Assembly: GCA_964016885.1 (NCBI GenBank)
Contig: OZ024740.1
Span: 239,692,001-239,756,000, forward strand
Reading direction: 5' to 3'
Source of the DNA: Eledone cirrhosa
Lineage: Eukaryota
Length of the DNA: 64,000 nt
Shown here: positions 12,739 to 25,549 of the stretch, piece by piece
Numbering within the stretch: the first letter of the stretch is position 1
Layout of the letters: the number at the start of each line of letters is the position of its first letter
Notes under the pieces: model-generated
Databases searched by the model: none
Seen by the model: only the letters and a program-made list of their open reading frames with translations
Told to the model about the DNA's origin: nothing
Program-made: the position numbers and the translations under genes

Positions 12739-13534
12739 TGAGTTGAGATGGAGGGTCTGTGGTTTTTCTCACATCTGGTTGATCTCTGAATGTTACTTGT
12801 TTTATATGGAAAAAGTGGCTCGAAATGCCAGGTCTTTCGAGAAGTAATTTGATTGGTTTGTCAATAATTATAATAAATTTCGCGCCAGTTCGCGTTACAG
12901 TAGTTCTTCAGATAAGAGGGGGGGAGGGTTGTCATAGGTTGCTTTTTCATATATGAGTGTTTGAATTTCTTTTTACTTAAAAAAAGGGGCTCACGAAGGC
13001 TTTTTTTTTTGGTTGGTTATAAATGAAATTATGGCTGTCACGTGAACAAGTTTTCATTAAATTTTCGTGCCCTTATTTGGAAATCCATTCTGTAGCATTT
13101 TTTAGAGAATTTTATGATAAGTGAAAGATAATGGTCAAGAGAAAGGGATGGGAGAATTGTTCTGGTTCAGTGAATATGGTTAGTTCGCTGGGGTGTCAGA
13201 ATTCAGATTTTCTATTGAATAAAGAAAGTAAAAATATGTATGTTTATTTGTGTGCTTGTGTGTGTGTGCGTGTGCGTGTGTGTGTGTTGTGTGTGTATGT
13301 GTTTGAATTTCTTTACTTAGAATAAAGGTGGCTCACGAAGGCTTTTTTTAATAAACGTGATTTGATTGGTTAGAGAATGTTATGACAAGGGAAAGATAGT
13401 GGTCAAGAGAAATGGGATTGGGAGAATTGTTCTGGTTCAGTGAATATGGTTAGTTCGCTGGGGTGTCAGAGTTCAGATTTTCTATTGAAGTAAAGTTATG
13501 TATGTTTATTTGTGTGCTTGTGTGTGCGTATGTG

Positions 13535-13578
<44 letters not shown>

Positions 13579-14039
13579 TATTGGAAGATGATTCTATTAG
13601 TAGAAATGGGGGAGGGAGTTGAGTGTGTGTGTATATGGGTGTTATGTGTGTGTGTGTGCGAGTATGTTAAGATGGAGAGAATATATATTTTGTGTGTGTA
13701 TATATGTGTGTAGGAAAGTGGTTCTATTAGTAGAAATGGGGGAGGGAGTTGTGGGTGTGGGGGTTGTTATGTGTGTGTATGGGTGTTATGTGTGTGGGAG
13801 TATGGTTAGCATGTTAAGATGAAGAGAATATATATATATATATATTGTGTGTGTGTGTAGGAAAATGATTCCTTTAGTAGGAATATTTTTGAATGAACAT
13901 ATTTTCCTTACTTATTCGTATTTGTTCTGTTGTATTGTCAGTGCAAACGTATGTTAAGGTTTATTTAGTTCGGGTTTTTATTTTCTAAAGTAGAAGGTGT
14001 TATGTGTGTGTGTGTATGTCATATTATGGTGTTGACATA

Positions 14040-16352
14040 ATGTATATTAAACCATATTTAATGCTGGTCTATATTTTTGAATAAACATTTTCCTTATTTA
14101 TTCGTATTTGTTCTGTTGTATTGTTAGCGCAAAGGTAAAATGGGAAGATTTGGAATTTGGGTATCTTATTACTTGCGCAAATGTCTAGATGTGCACTTAG
14201 TGGTATCTGTCTTGTGGTTGGATCTCGTAATAGTTGGCGATGAACTGTCATTCTGTTTCTGAATGTGAGTTTAGTTTGTCCTATATAATCTTCATTGCAT
14301 CCTTTACATTTAATACCATAAAGTAGACTTTTTGATGAGCAAGTGAAGTGATTTTTTACAGTAACATTTTGTCCTGATTTAAATATATACGTGTTGCCTT
14401 CAATGAGGTGAGTGTAGGTTCCACAATTAGAGCGACCACATATTTTGATACTTGGTTGTGGGTTTGTGGTAGGTAATTTGGCATTGGTGAGTAATGTTTT
14501 CAGTGATTTGGGTTGTCTTTTGCATTTGATTATTTTGTGTGTTTCAAGGGCTTTTTTCATTCTTGGGTTTTGTTTTAGTAGTGGGATGTTCTTGTGAATA
14601 GTGTTGTAAGCTTCCGCATTTCTTGGGTTGTGTGTTGAGATATATGATAGAATATTGGACGTACATTGAATTTGTTTCTGTTTCCGTAATTCATCAATGC
14701 CTATTGCTTTAGCCCTTTCTATTCCATTATTTATTAGTAATAGTGGGTACTCTCTCTCGAGTAGAGTTTCCTTTAATTCTTGAAGTCTTTTATTTCGCGT
14801 TTCATAATTGGAGACAATTGTGCAAATTCTTCTTGCTAGGTTAAAAGGAATGTTCGTCTTCGTGTGCTTTGGATGGTTGGAGGTGAATAGCAGATATTGT
14901 TTGGAATCTGTTGGTTTGTAGTGTATGTCAGTTTCGATATTTGTGTCTTTTTTTAAGATTAAGATGTCCAGAAATGGGAGTTGATCTTGGCTGTATTCCA
15001 TTGTGAATTGGATGTGGTTATTGATGCCGTTTATTAAGTTTTTGAAATCCTTCAGTTGGTCGAGTGTGTGGGACCAAAGAATGAGGCAATCATCCAAGTA
15101 GCGTTTCCAATTCTCTGATAAATATTTGTGGAAGTTCAATCCGTATTTTGATTTGGACTGTTCATATATCTGGACTTCTAAGTATGCCACGACTAAGTTG
15201 GCATAAGTTGGAGCGGCTTTTGTACCCATCGCAGTCCCCGATATTTGCTTGTAAGTATTGCCATCGAAATCAAAAAAGTTGTTCTGTAAGATGAATTTTA
15301 ATCCCTCGGTGATGAAGCTTTTTTCTATTCTGTCAGGTATCTCATTGGGATATTTCTCTAGCCAGAATCATATTGCTTCTAGTCCGTATTGGTGTGGGAT
15401 CGTTGTGTAGAGATTCACTACATCGAAAGACACAATAATAGTGTCGTTGTTGACATGTTTGGGGAGGTGGTTTAAGAGGTCCAGATCGTCTCTTACAAGG
15501 CTTGGTATGTGTTTCAGTATTGGTTTCAGTAGTATGTCTATAAAGTTGCTCAGTCTGTGTGTTTCACATTGTGGGCCCGCTACAATTGGTCTTAATTTAA
15601 GGTCTGTGGGGTATTGTGTGTTCACGCAGGCTGAGGTGGATTGTTTACAGGCATCGTTGATTATTTTACACTTGTGGATCTTCGGAAGTCCGTAAAGGTT
15701 GCTGGTTTTGTATTCAAAATTTGTTAAATAATCGCGTTCCTTTTTAGTTAGGTCTTCCTGGTATCGATAAATCAGTGCGTTTAATTTGGTCATTATTTTT
15801 GATTGCTGGTAGTTTTTTTACTCTTTCATAGTAATTAGTATTTTGTAAGAGAGAGAACATAGAGTTTTTATATTTTTCAGCCTCCATAATGACAATATTA
15901 CTTCCCTTGTCCGCTTCCTTAATTATAATGTCCGTATTGTTTTTTAGATCATGGATAATCTCCCATTCCCTTCGACTCGTGTTGGGTTTGGGTTTGGGTT
16001 GCGGTAGTTCATGGTATGGGAAGGTAGCTATGTGGTCACAAAATTTGTCCAGAACTCTGTTTCTACCTTTTGTTGGGTTGTAGCTGCTTTTATTCCGTAC
16101 AATTGATTCGTATTTATTCTCCTTGTCAAAGAATTCCTCTGTGAGACGTAATTTTCTACAGAAGTGTGAGATATCATCATTTATCTCATTGGGGTTCGAG
16201 TATTGTGGTGTTGGTGTGAATTTCAGTCCATTCGAGAGAATTTTTACTTGTTGGGCTGAGAGGTTTGTATTTGAAAGGTTAATTATTTTCGGTTTTTCAA
16301 AATCGGTTTGTGCCACCGGGTGTCGTGGGTCCTGTAGCCTTGGTCTAAAAAA
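14040..16352 (-). pseudogene. ORF2 of element C: RT + GIY-YIG, in the -1 frame relative to ORF1, with one frameshift near 15800 and a TGA at 15368
   Basis: IINLS, ADKG, YGLPKIHK, LRPIV, FDVVNLYT, GTAMGTKAAPTYANL, YLDD, LPFLD, CGRSNC, LYGIKCKGC..DYIGQT. Confidence 0.92.
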
Positions 16353-17485
16353 TGATTTTTCTGGAATGTTTTTTCAATGGTATTATTATATCTAATGGTA
16401 TTTCCCCTGTTGTTGTGTGGTCTTGTATAGAAGTTTCGGACGTATTGAGGTTCGGTTTGTTGATAGTCCGGGTTGTAGATTTTGTTCCTTTGTGTGGGTT
16501 GGGATCTACGGTTTTGGAACAGGCTCTGTGTGGGCAGGGGTCTACGGTTTTGGAATAGGTTTTGTGTGGGTTGTGATCTGCGCATCAGGTCCTGCCTTGT
16601 GTTCGGGGATCTTTGGTTTTTGTTAGTAGGGTTATAGTTTTGTCTATGATTTCTGGGATTATCGTTATAGTTTTGCTGGGGGTATGTTGGACGTTTTGTT
16701 ACCTTTTTTGCTATTTGTTGTGCATGTGGTGTGTGAGTTTTAGTTTGTTTTAAAAATGGGTTACATGTATGTTGTTCATTTTTGAAGTCCATTTTGTAGT
16801 TGTTGAACCAGGTGGCGTTTTTTCCCCATCGCTGGAGGGATGTTAGTTCTTCATCCTCACAGTTTTCTTTCCAAAGTTTTAGGGTTTTTTTGTAGAGTAG
16901 GCCTTCAGAGTGCTTTGAGATTTCTGTGTCCATCTGTTGGTCGAGTGACTTGAATTTTTCTTCGTTGGAGTTGGCTCGTAATCGCAACAGTTCTATTTCT
17001 GTTTAAAATGTTTCCAATGCCATCTTTTCCCTAAGTCTTTGTTGGTTTTCTGGTTCATTCGGGATGGGTTTTATTTGGAGTTTTTTGGGGAGGATGATTG
17101 GGGTAGAGTTTAGCCACTTTTCATATATGTCTGCCTTGCCATTATATTTTAGGAGATTCCAAAGGGCGAATTTGCGGGATGTGAGCTTTCGAGTCCATGT
17201 GTTGATTAGGGTGTTTTTCACTAAGTGGATATCTGGTAGATTGGGTTCTAACGGTTGTTCCAGCTTTTGGAGCATTGCTGTTTCAATGGTTTCGATTAGC
17301 TTAGTTAATAATGGAGTAATATTCGTCTCTTGGGTATATACTGTTTCTTCGTGGGGTCCTTTTTTATCGATGTGTATTTGGTCCACTTTGTTGGTCAAAA
17401 TTGAGAGTTTAGAGGAAATCTCTTTGAGTTCATTTAAGATGTCCTGGTTCAGTGAGTTGTTGTTTTGTTGAGACTTTGGTGGCAT
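16283..17485 (-). CDS. ORF1 of element C: ~400-codon coiled-coil plus N/Q/R-rich protein with one in-frame TAA at 17003-17005
   Basis: ORFs 17003..17485 and 16283..16987 share a frame. Heptad-like helices (LNELKEISSKLSILTNKVDQI) and a 12-aa repeat (SQPTQNLFQNRR). Confidence 0.75.
16312..16352 (-). promoter_or_regulatory. Putative -1 programmed ribosomal frameshift signal: U_UUU_UUA, 7-nt spacer, hairpin
   Basis: Minus strand CAT TTT TTA GACCAAG GCTACAGG-ACCCACGACAC-CCGGTGGC. The heptamer at 16346-16352 is in register with ORF1 codons. Confidence 0.7.
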
Positions 17486-17650
17486 TTTCGGTCTTCGTGT
17501 GGTGGGTATATATTAGAAAGTGAGGTTTTTTTAACAAAATGAAAAATAACCGAGGTGTCCTACACGAGTGAAAGTATAAAGAAAAAGAGATGAAATCGAA
17601 AATGCAACTGGAGTCTTATTTTTAAAAAAAATATATATATTTATTTGGTT

Positions 17651-17688
17651 CCTTTACCGGTTTCGCAGTTCTTCTGCTTTTCAAAAGG
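17651..17688 (-). ncRNA. U3-A8 hammerhead ~165 nt upstream of the ORF1 ATG (element C)
   Basis: Reverse complement of the motif at 9450-9487. Confidence 0.75.
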
Positions 17689-18550
17689 TGAGTTGAGATG
17701 GAGGGTCTGTGGTTTTTATCACATCTGGTTGGTCTCTGAATGTTACTTGTTTTATATGGAAAAAGTGGCTCGAAATGCCAGGTTTTTAGAGAAGTAATTT
17801 GATTGGTTTGACAATAATTATAATAAATTTCGCGCCAGTTCGCGTTACAATAGTTCTTCAAATAAGAGGGGGGGGGTTGTCATAGGTTGTTTTTTCATAT
17901 ATGAGTGTTTGAATTTCTTTTTACTTGAAAAAAGGGCTCACGAAGGCTTTTTTTTTGGTTGGTTATAAATGAAATTATGGCTGTCACGTGAACAAGTTTT
18001 CATTAAATTTTCGTGCCCTTATTTGGAAATCCATTCTGTAGCATTTTTAGAGAATTTTATGATAAGTGAAAGATAATGGTCAAGAGAAAGGGATGGGAGA
18101 ATTGTTCTGGTTCAGTGAATATGGTTAGTTCGCTGGGGTGTCAGAATTCAGATTTGCTATTGAATAAAGAAAGTAAAGATATGTATGTTTATTTGTGTGC
18201 TTGTGTGTGTGTGCGTGTGTGTGTGTGTGTGTGTTGTGTGTGTGTGTGTTCGAATTTCTTTACTTAGAAAAAAGGTGGCTCACGAAGGCTTTTTTTTTTA
18301 ATAAACGTGATTTGATTGGTTATAAATGAAATTTGGCTGTCACGTGAACAAGTTTTCATTACATTTTTGCGCCCTTATTTGGAAATCTATTCTGTAGCCT
18401 TTATAGAGAATGTTATGACAAGGGAAAGATAGTGGTCAAGAGAAATGGGATTGGGAGAAATGTTCTGGTTCAGTGAATATGGTTAGTTCGCTGAGGTGTC
18501 AGAGTTCAGATTTTCTATTGAAGTAAAGATATGTATGTTTATTTGTGTGC

Positions 18551-18642
<92 letters not shown>

Positions 18643-18905
18643 TGGAAGATGATTCTATTAGTAGAAATGGGGGAGGGAGTTGTGTGTGTGTGTATATGGG
18701 TGTTATGTGTGTGTGTGCGAGTATGTTAAGATGGAGAGAATATATATTTTGTGTGTGTGTATATATGTGTGTAGGAAAGTGGTTCTATTAGTAGAAATGG
18801 GGGAGGAAGTTGTGGTGTGGGGGTTGTTATGTGTGTATGGGTGTTATGTGTGTGGGAGTATGGTTAGCATGTTAAGATGAAGAGAATATATATATATATA
18901 TTGTG

Positions 18906-18947
<42 letters not shown>

Positions 18948-19533
18948 GGAAAATGATTCCTTTAGTAGGAATATTTTTGAATGAACATATTTTCCTTACT
19001 TATTCGTATTTGTTCTGTTGTATTGTCAGTGCAAACGTATGTTAAGGTTTATTTAGTTCGGGTTTTTATTTTCTAAAGTAGAATGTGTTATGTGTGTATG
19101 TCATATTATGGTGTTGACATAATGTATATTAAACCATATTTAATGCATAATGTATATTAAACCATATTTAACCCCCCCCCCCCCTTTTATTTGAAGAACT
19201 ATTATAACGCGAACTGGCGCGAAATTTATTATAATTATTGACAAACCAATCAAATTACTTCTCTAAAAACCTGGCATTTCGAGCCACTTTTTCCATATAA
19301 AACAAGTAACATTCAGAGACCAACCAGATGTGAGAAAAACCACAGACCCTCCATCTCAACTCACCTTTTGAAAAGCAAAAGAACTGAGAAACCGGTAAAG
19401 GAACCAAATAAATATATATATTTTTTTTAAAAATAAGACTCCAGTTGCATTTTCGATTTCATCTCTTTTTCTTTATACTTTCACTCGTGTAGGACACCTC
19501 GGTTATTTTTCATTTTGTTTAAAAAAACCTCAC

Positions 19534-19628
<95 letters not shown>

Positions 19629-20002
19629 ATATATATAATATATATATATATATTATATATATACATATATAATTAGGTAGACCGAGATATAAATTGCAAA
19701 TTATGATGAATATTATTTATATGAGGCAAATTTGAGAGTGAAAACTAATAGTTTGCGGCAGTGAATCTAAATGGTGATTTATTTCTGAGAACGTTGTGAA
19801 TCAGTAATAGATGCATTTGTTGATAGCACCTGTTTTAACACAATGGTTGCCTTGTATATTATCTTCGTTTAATTCCAGGTTAAAGCTGATCAACCTGACC
19901 AATAGCGGAAACACACCTGTCAGTGACCAGTTAAAAATACATTATGCAATAAAAACATAAAATAACGGTAAATTACCGTAACATAAAAAAAAATACAATG
20001 TA

Positions 20003-20938
20003 ATCTATATATATAAAACTGTGGTTGTCTGTCTGTCTATCGATTTTTGGCACACATCTCCTCTTAGAATCTCTGACGGAATTGCACCGAAATTGCTATA
20101 CTTGTACATTGAGCCCTAGCGAAGACATCGGAAAATAAATATTTCAAATTGACCCACCCTATGTGACGAAATCGAATATAATGTATCGATTTTTGAGTGT
20201 AAGTTATCAGTTATTTCCCTTTGTTCTGTTTACATTGAGCGTCTTACGTAAAAAATTACGCTGGCTTTCTCAGCGTTTAAAATGACATTAACACAATACA
20301 CGAACAGTTGTCGAGCCAGCAAAATATTGACCTGTAAAATTCATCAGTTCGAACACTAAACTTCCGTTTTGCTTCAATTCCATTTAAAAGCATTTTAAAA
20401 CAATATTTTTACTTGAAAACAAGTCTATTTAAAGACTACGTAAAACAAGCAAATATTTCGTCGTTAGGCGTGCAGACAGACAGTCGTGCAGAGAGGTGAT
20501 ATACGCGTGCAGACAGATAGTCGTGCAGAGAGGTGATATAGGCGTGCAGACAGACAGTCGTGCAGAGAGGTGATATAGGCGTGCAGACAGACAGTCGTGC
20601 AGAGAGGTGATATAGGCGTGCAGACAGACAGTCGTGCAGAGAGGTGATATAGGCGTGCAGACAGACATAACTGATAATTTGGTTACGCTAATGTTTTTCT
20701 CTGCGTTGCAGTGTTTACATTTTCGATCTTTGTTAATAAATAACCAGTGCAGTTTTTATCCCCAGCATCCTCTTTTGTTATAACATTCGGGTTATCGTTA
20801 TGTTTTCTTAACTTCATAAGGCATATTGTTGGTTGAGGGAATATTAATCAAAAACACCACATGCAAGTCTGCACAGTAGACACTACAGTTTTTAAGCCAA
20901 TAAAGAAACTTAACATTGTAACTTTAACACAGCTACTA
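20003..20938 (+). mobile_element. Non-autonomous Helitron-like insertion interrupting the inverted arm of element E
   Basis: Starts TCTATATATATAAAA followed by (GTCT)n and ends ...CACAGCTAC (CTAG-like). It lies between A and T with no evident TSD and is absent from the cognate arm near 26560-26600. Confidence 0.55.
20465..20667. repeat. 37-bp tandem repeat, ~5.5 copies
   Basis: Unit TAGGCGTGCAGACAGACAGTCGTGCAGAGAGGTGATA, contiguous, no spacers. Confidence 0.95.
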
Positions 20939-21350
20939 TATATATATATCCCCCTATATTATACATATACATACATATACACATACATACACACACACAT
21001 ACACACACGTATACAGACTCATACATACATATACGGATATATACGGATATATATAGAGGATATGTGATAAAATAATACAATAAGAATAATAGTAATAATA
21101 AAAAGCATATATAGTCCATAAATAATCATCCGCACACATTCCTATGAGATGCACATAAACACATACTTGCATGCACAAATACATATGTACACATATAGAG
21201 GCCCGCATATGTATTCACCTGCACCCACATCCACATCCACATATATACTCATTCCCGCCCACATATATATACGCACACTTACCCACCCACACACACACAC
21301 ACCTACTCATACCTGGCTATACGTACATACTCACATATATATACATAGAC

Positions 21351-21406
<56 letters not shown>

Positions 21407-21998
21407 GCTCACATATAGACACACATATACACATACCCACACACACATACACCTACATTCCGCCACATATGTATATATATGCACATGGCTGCACATACAG
21501 GCGCGTAGACGCTCGTGCACTCACGCTCGCATGCCCATACACACACCCCAGCACCTACCCACGTATATATATTCATACATACGCATCTACTCACACACAC
21601 AGGCATATATATCCACATACATGTCCACACATAAAAAACACTTGAATATATACACAATATGATAATAAAATAAAATAAATAAATAAATTTACAATATGTT
21701 AGGGTTAATTAAAATCTGTATGTAACTGCATAAATAGGTACATGTGTGTATTTTAGTATGTGTGGGTGCTTACCCTGAAGTGTGAGCAGACGTGTGAAGT
21801 ACTGAACCCAGCATGACTCCATTGAAATGTGTCGGACGGAAAATGGTTGATGAACCGTGTGGCAGCAGATACTGACCATAACTTGTGATGACGTGGAGTA
21901 AAAACAGCCAATGGCCTGACAAGAGTGGAAATAGTTTTTTTTAGGGTGTGTTTTGATGATAACACCCCAGTGATAAAATTTGCTCCGGACGTAACACC

Positions 21999-22089
21999 CG
22001 TATCTGAAAGAACCCGCAGAAGTAGAATCAGGCAGATCCATACAAGGACCATGACTCGAGCTACATGCCGGCGAAACATTTGTAACACG
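21999..22089 (+). ncRNA. Hammerhead-like motif with an 8-nt core (element E pLTR); second copy at 27695-27785
   Basis: CGTAT-CTGAAAGA-long stem II-GAAA-CATTTG-TA-ACACG. Confidence 0.5.
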
Positions 22090-22267
22090 AAATAAACTAA
22101 GACCCGATGCATCACTGATTTTTCGTTTTCTTTATAATACCTACACTCTATTCTGATGAATATCGAGTGCTAATTTTGGCATACCGCCTTTGGAAACACC
22201 ATAGCTACCACTATACACAACTATATACTACGCTCCTCCAGAAGTAGAGCGCTTACAGCGATTCGCC

Positions 22268-25062
22268 ATGGAAAAATTCAACTACTCTTCTTCCATGAAA
22301 GTTATACCGATCCCGTCAGATAACACGTACATGGGCCTGCTGTTATACCACACCAACTCGTTCATCAGACGCATGAATTGGCGCGCATTTCACCACGACA
22401 GGCAGACACAACAACAAGCGCCAGACGCCCCTCAGGACCGCCTTAAGCGGATATTTAGATCGAGAAGACACTCAGCGCACAATGCACAACTGGAGGAATT
22501 TAAAAACCCTATTGTCAACATAGTTCGTAACATCAAGTTCCATAGGAATACTGCGCGACGGACAAAATATCTCAAAAGTCTCGGAGCCACCATCAAAATC
22601 ATGGAAAAATGCCAGGATTTACTCGTGCCCTCGGACAAGACTGGTAACGTATACCTGCTTGACCGTTTTACATATAATGACTGCCTCGGGAAAGAGATTA
22701 GGAAAAACTATAGGACCACTGGACAGACAAATTTAGATAGTATTGACGCTAGGACAAAAAGTATATTGACGGAGCTAGGACTAGAGGATAGGACCGAGGT
22801 ATATGTACCTAGAAAACCACGGATATCTATTAAGGACCACAAATTAGACTTTAAAACTAAACTACCGGTTAGGTTAATAGCACCCTCCAAATCCGACCTA
22901 GGATGGACCAGTAAGAATATCATAGATAGGTTAATACCAGTACTTAGAGACAAAAATAAGCTTAGCCTTTGGACCTCCACTAAGGAGGTAATTGACTGGT
23001 TCTCAGCAATAGATGACAAACACCAAGTAAATTTTATTCAGTTAGACATAGATAGCTATTACGCGTCGGTATCTCTGATACTAGTCAATAAGGCCCTAAT
23101 AAGCGCCATGGCCAGATCTAGCCTCACCAGGGACGAGACCAACCTCATAGTAGCAGTCAGAAAGACGCTAATTAGTTTCGAAGACAAGTTATGGGAGAGG
23201 AAGGACAGACCCGACAGTTTCGATATAACCATGGGATCAAGTGACTCGGCGCAGGTGACCGACCTGGTGGGGATATATCTCATCCATAGGCTGACGGAGG
23301 AGATCCCGAGGATCGGAGGTGGAATATACAGAGACGACACACTTTTTACCTTCCGTTCCCTTAACCCCAGTCAGTTGGAGCGCACGAGGAAGCGCATATC
23401 GCATTTTTTTAAACAACACGGCTTATCCGTGACAATTGACACTAGCACTAAGACGGTCAATTTCCTGGACGTTACCTTGGAAATGAATACGGGCATCCAC
23501 AGACCGTACCATAAGCCCAACGAAAACCTGCAATATGTGAACAGGCAATCGAATCACCCTAAGTCAGTCATAGAAGCCATAGTTAAAGGGGTGTCTAAAC
23601 GCGTATCCACCCTGTCGTCGAACGCAGAAGTGTTTAAACAGCCAAATATTATAATGAGGCACTGCGCAGGGCCGGTTACAAAGACACCATAGTATATACC
23701 CCGGATAGTGTAGAGCCTAACGATATGGCGTGCAGAAATGCCAACAGTGAGGGCGCCTCCCTAGGTAGAAGAATTGACCCGGTACCAGTAGCCAGGAACA
23801 CAAATAACAACACTACTAACATTAATGACACAGGACCGACCCGAGATAGGACTAAGGCACCCACGGGAGCCAGACCACCCAGTGTGCGGAGGCATGGGCC
23901 TGGCACGCACACTGCATACTCGGTGGAAACTGCGCCCTTGGACAGGACTTCGACAAACAAGAACGGGGCACACGCCACGGAGCACGACCAGCCTAGTTCT
24001 AGTGCTACAGCACCGACAATAGCATCACATAGACCAAAGGGGAATAGACGTATAGATGACCACATAGAACGACGTAAATTTGCAACGGTAGAATATACCC
24101 ACGACGAACGTAGCAGCTTAATAGACAGGGACAACACACGAGACGAAATTGTGGTTGGGCAGAGCACTGGACGGACACCGAGACCTGAACACAACAAGAA
24201 TCCACGCACACGAAAGAACAGATCTAAGGCTGGTTCAATGCACCCTACTCTAAACATGTACGTACCAACGTGCCAGGACTTTTCTTCCGAGCGCTGGACG
24301 AGTGCTTTCCGACGACAAATAAGTACCACAAAATCTTCAACCGCCACACGGTGAAATTTTCCTTCTCCACGGCACCGAATATGGCCGACTATATGGCTAG
24401 AACTAACGCGGTGAAGATGGCGCACACTGGCCGTCAACCGTGGAGGAAGAGTGACCATGTTTCGGAGCGCGGAGAACCACCTAGGGACCTGCCTTCAAAT
24501 GACAACACGGCCCCCGAGGCGACCAGAGCGCCCGCCGAGGGCGATTTGGTCCAACACCGAGAGGGAAATAGTGGCATGAGGGCGGGGGACAAATGTGTCG
24601 GCGGTGTAACACCCTGAGAACCTTGAGAGGGCCATAACAGATCGGGGCCCAGACATCGGACGCACAAGAAATGACAGCAGAACTTGCAACTGTAGAGCGG
24701 GCACCCAGTGCCCCCTACAGGGAAAATGCTTAATGAAAGTGTGTGGTTACAACCCAAAATGCGCATCGAACCTACATAGGCGCAACATCCACGACCTTTA
24801 AATCGAATTCCTTCAGGGACCGTAGCAAAAGGCACTCCACTAGGTTAGCAGACCTCGTGTGTGACATGAAAACCACGGCACTCCATACGCCCTGGAATGG
24901 AGTATCGTTTGCCATGCGAGGGCATATTCGTCCGGAAGTATAAAGTGCCGATTGTGCCTACACGAGGCCATGGAGATAGTCAGACTGAAGGATGACGCCG
25001 TCAACATGAAGTCTGAAATTATCATGACATGCAGATACCAGAGAAGATGCACATTTGCAGCA
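22268..25062 (+). pseudogene. RT + GIY-YIG polyprotein of element E (RT part open, 474 aa; C-terminus frameshifted)
   Basis: SDKTGN, LDIDSYY, MGSSDSAQVTDLVG, YRDD, VNFLDV, then CNCRAGTQCPL, TYIGATST, CRLCLHE. Homologous to element A. Confidence 0.92.
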
Positions 25063-25451
25063 TGGAATCCGTCGGGTGACGCAGGAAGGGGGCATGGGAA
25101 TGAGTACGCACAGATCCGATTGGCCTAGCGGGATTAGGGGACCTGACGCCATGCCATGATGACGGTGTCCGACCCGTGGGGCAATCATATGTAAACCGGG
25201 TGCGCACGTGACCGGGCACGCAACATTGGAAGATACACCGCGTGGGCCGGGACCGGCTGACACGGGGCCCACTGCCACCCGGTCCTGTGCAATAAACGTA
25301 TAGAACAGCACACCTCACCCACGGTGCCATGCCCCATCAGCGACGGTGACGGGCGTCACATTGAATGTGTGCACCGTCAATCGTGACTATATACTCTACA
25401 TCTGTTCCACTTTGGAACAGTGATTATTAATATCATTATTGTTCTATCATT

Positions 25452-25549
25452 GTTAACTTTGCCTTTCATCCTTACGGGGTCGATAAAATAAAGTACCAGT
25501 AATGCACTGAGTAATTGCTGGCCTTGTGCCTAAAGTAGAAACAATTATT
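25452..25549 (+). mobile_element. 3' half of a tRNA-derived SINE inside element E
   Basis: GCCTTTCATCCTTACGGGGTCGATAAA...GTACCAG...GGCCTTGTGCCTAAAGTAGAAAC. Confidence 0.8.

Larger units (their letters stand above)
12630..19540 (-). mobile_element. Full-length Neptune-like Penelope element C with ~1.4-1.7 kb direct pLTRs and an inverted 5' arm
   Basis: pLTRs ~12630-14062 and ~17510-19205, inverted arm ~19172-19540, two ORFs, a hammerhead in each pLTR, and (TA)n flanks. Confidence 0.92.

Noticed and set aside
20465-20667. 37-bp repeats of CRISPR-like length
   Set aside because: The units are contiguous with no spacers, there are no cas genes, and the context is eukaryotic.
23676-24458. 260-aa antisense ORF in element E
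   Set aside because: It is a shadow of a GC-richer sense coding region with no recognisable motifs.
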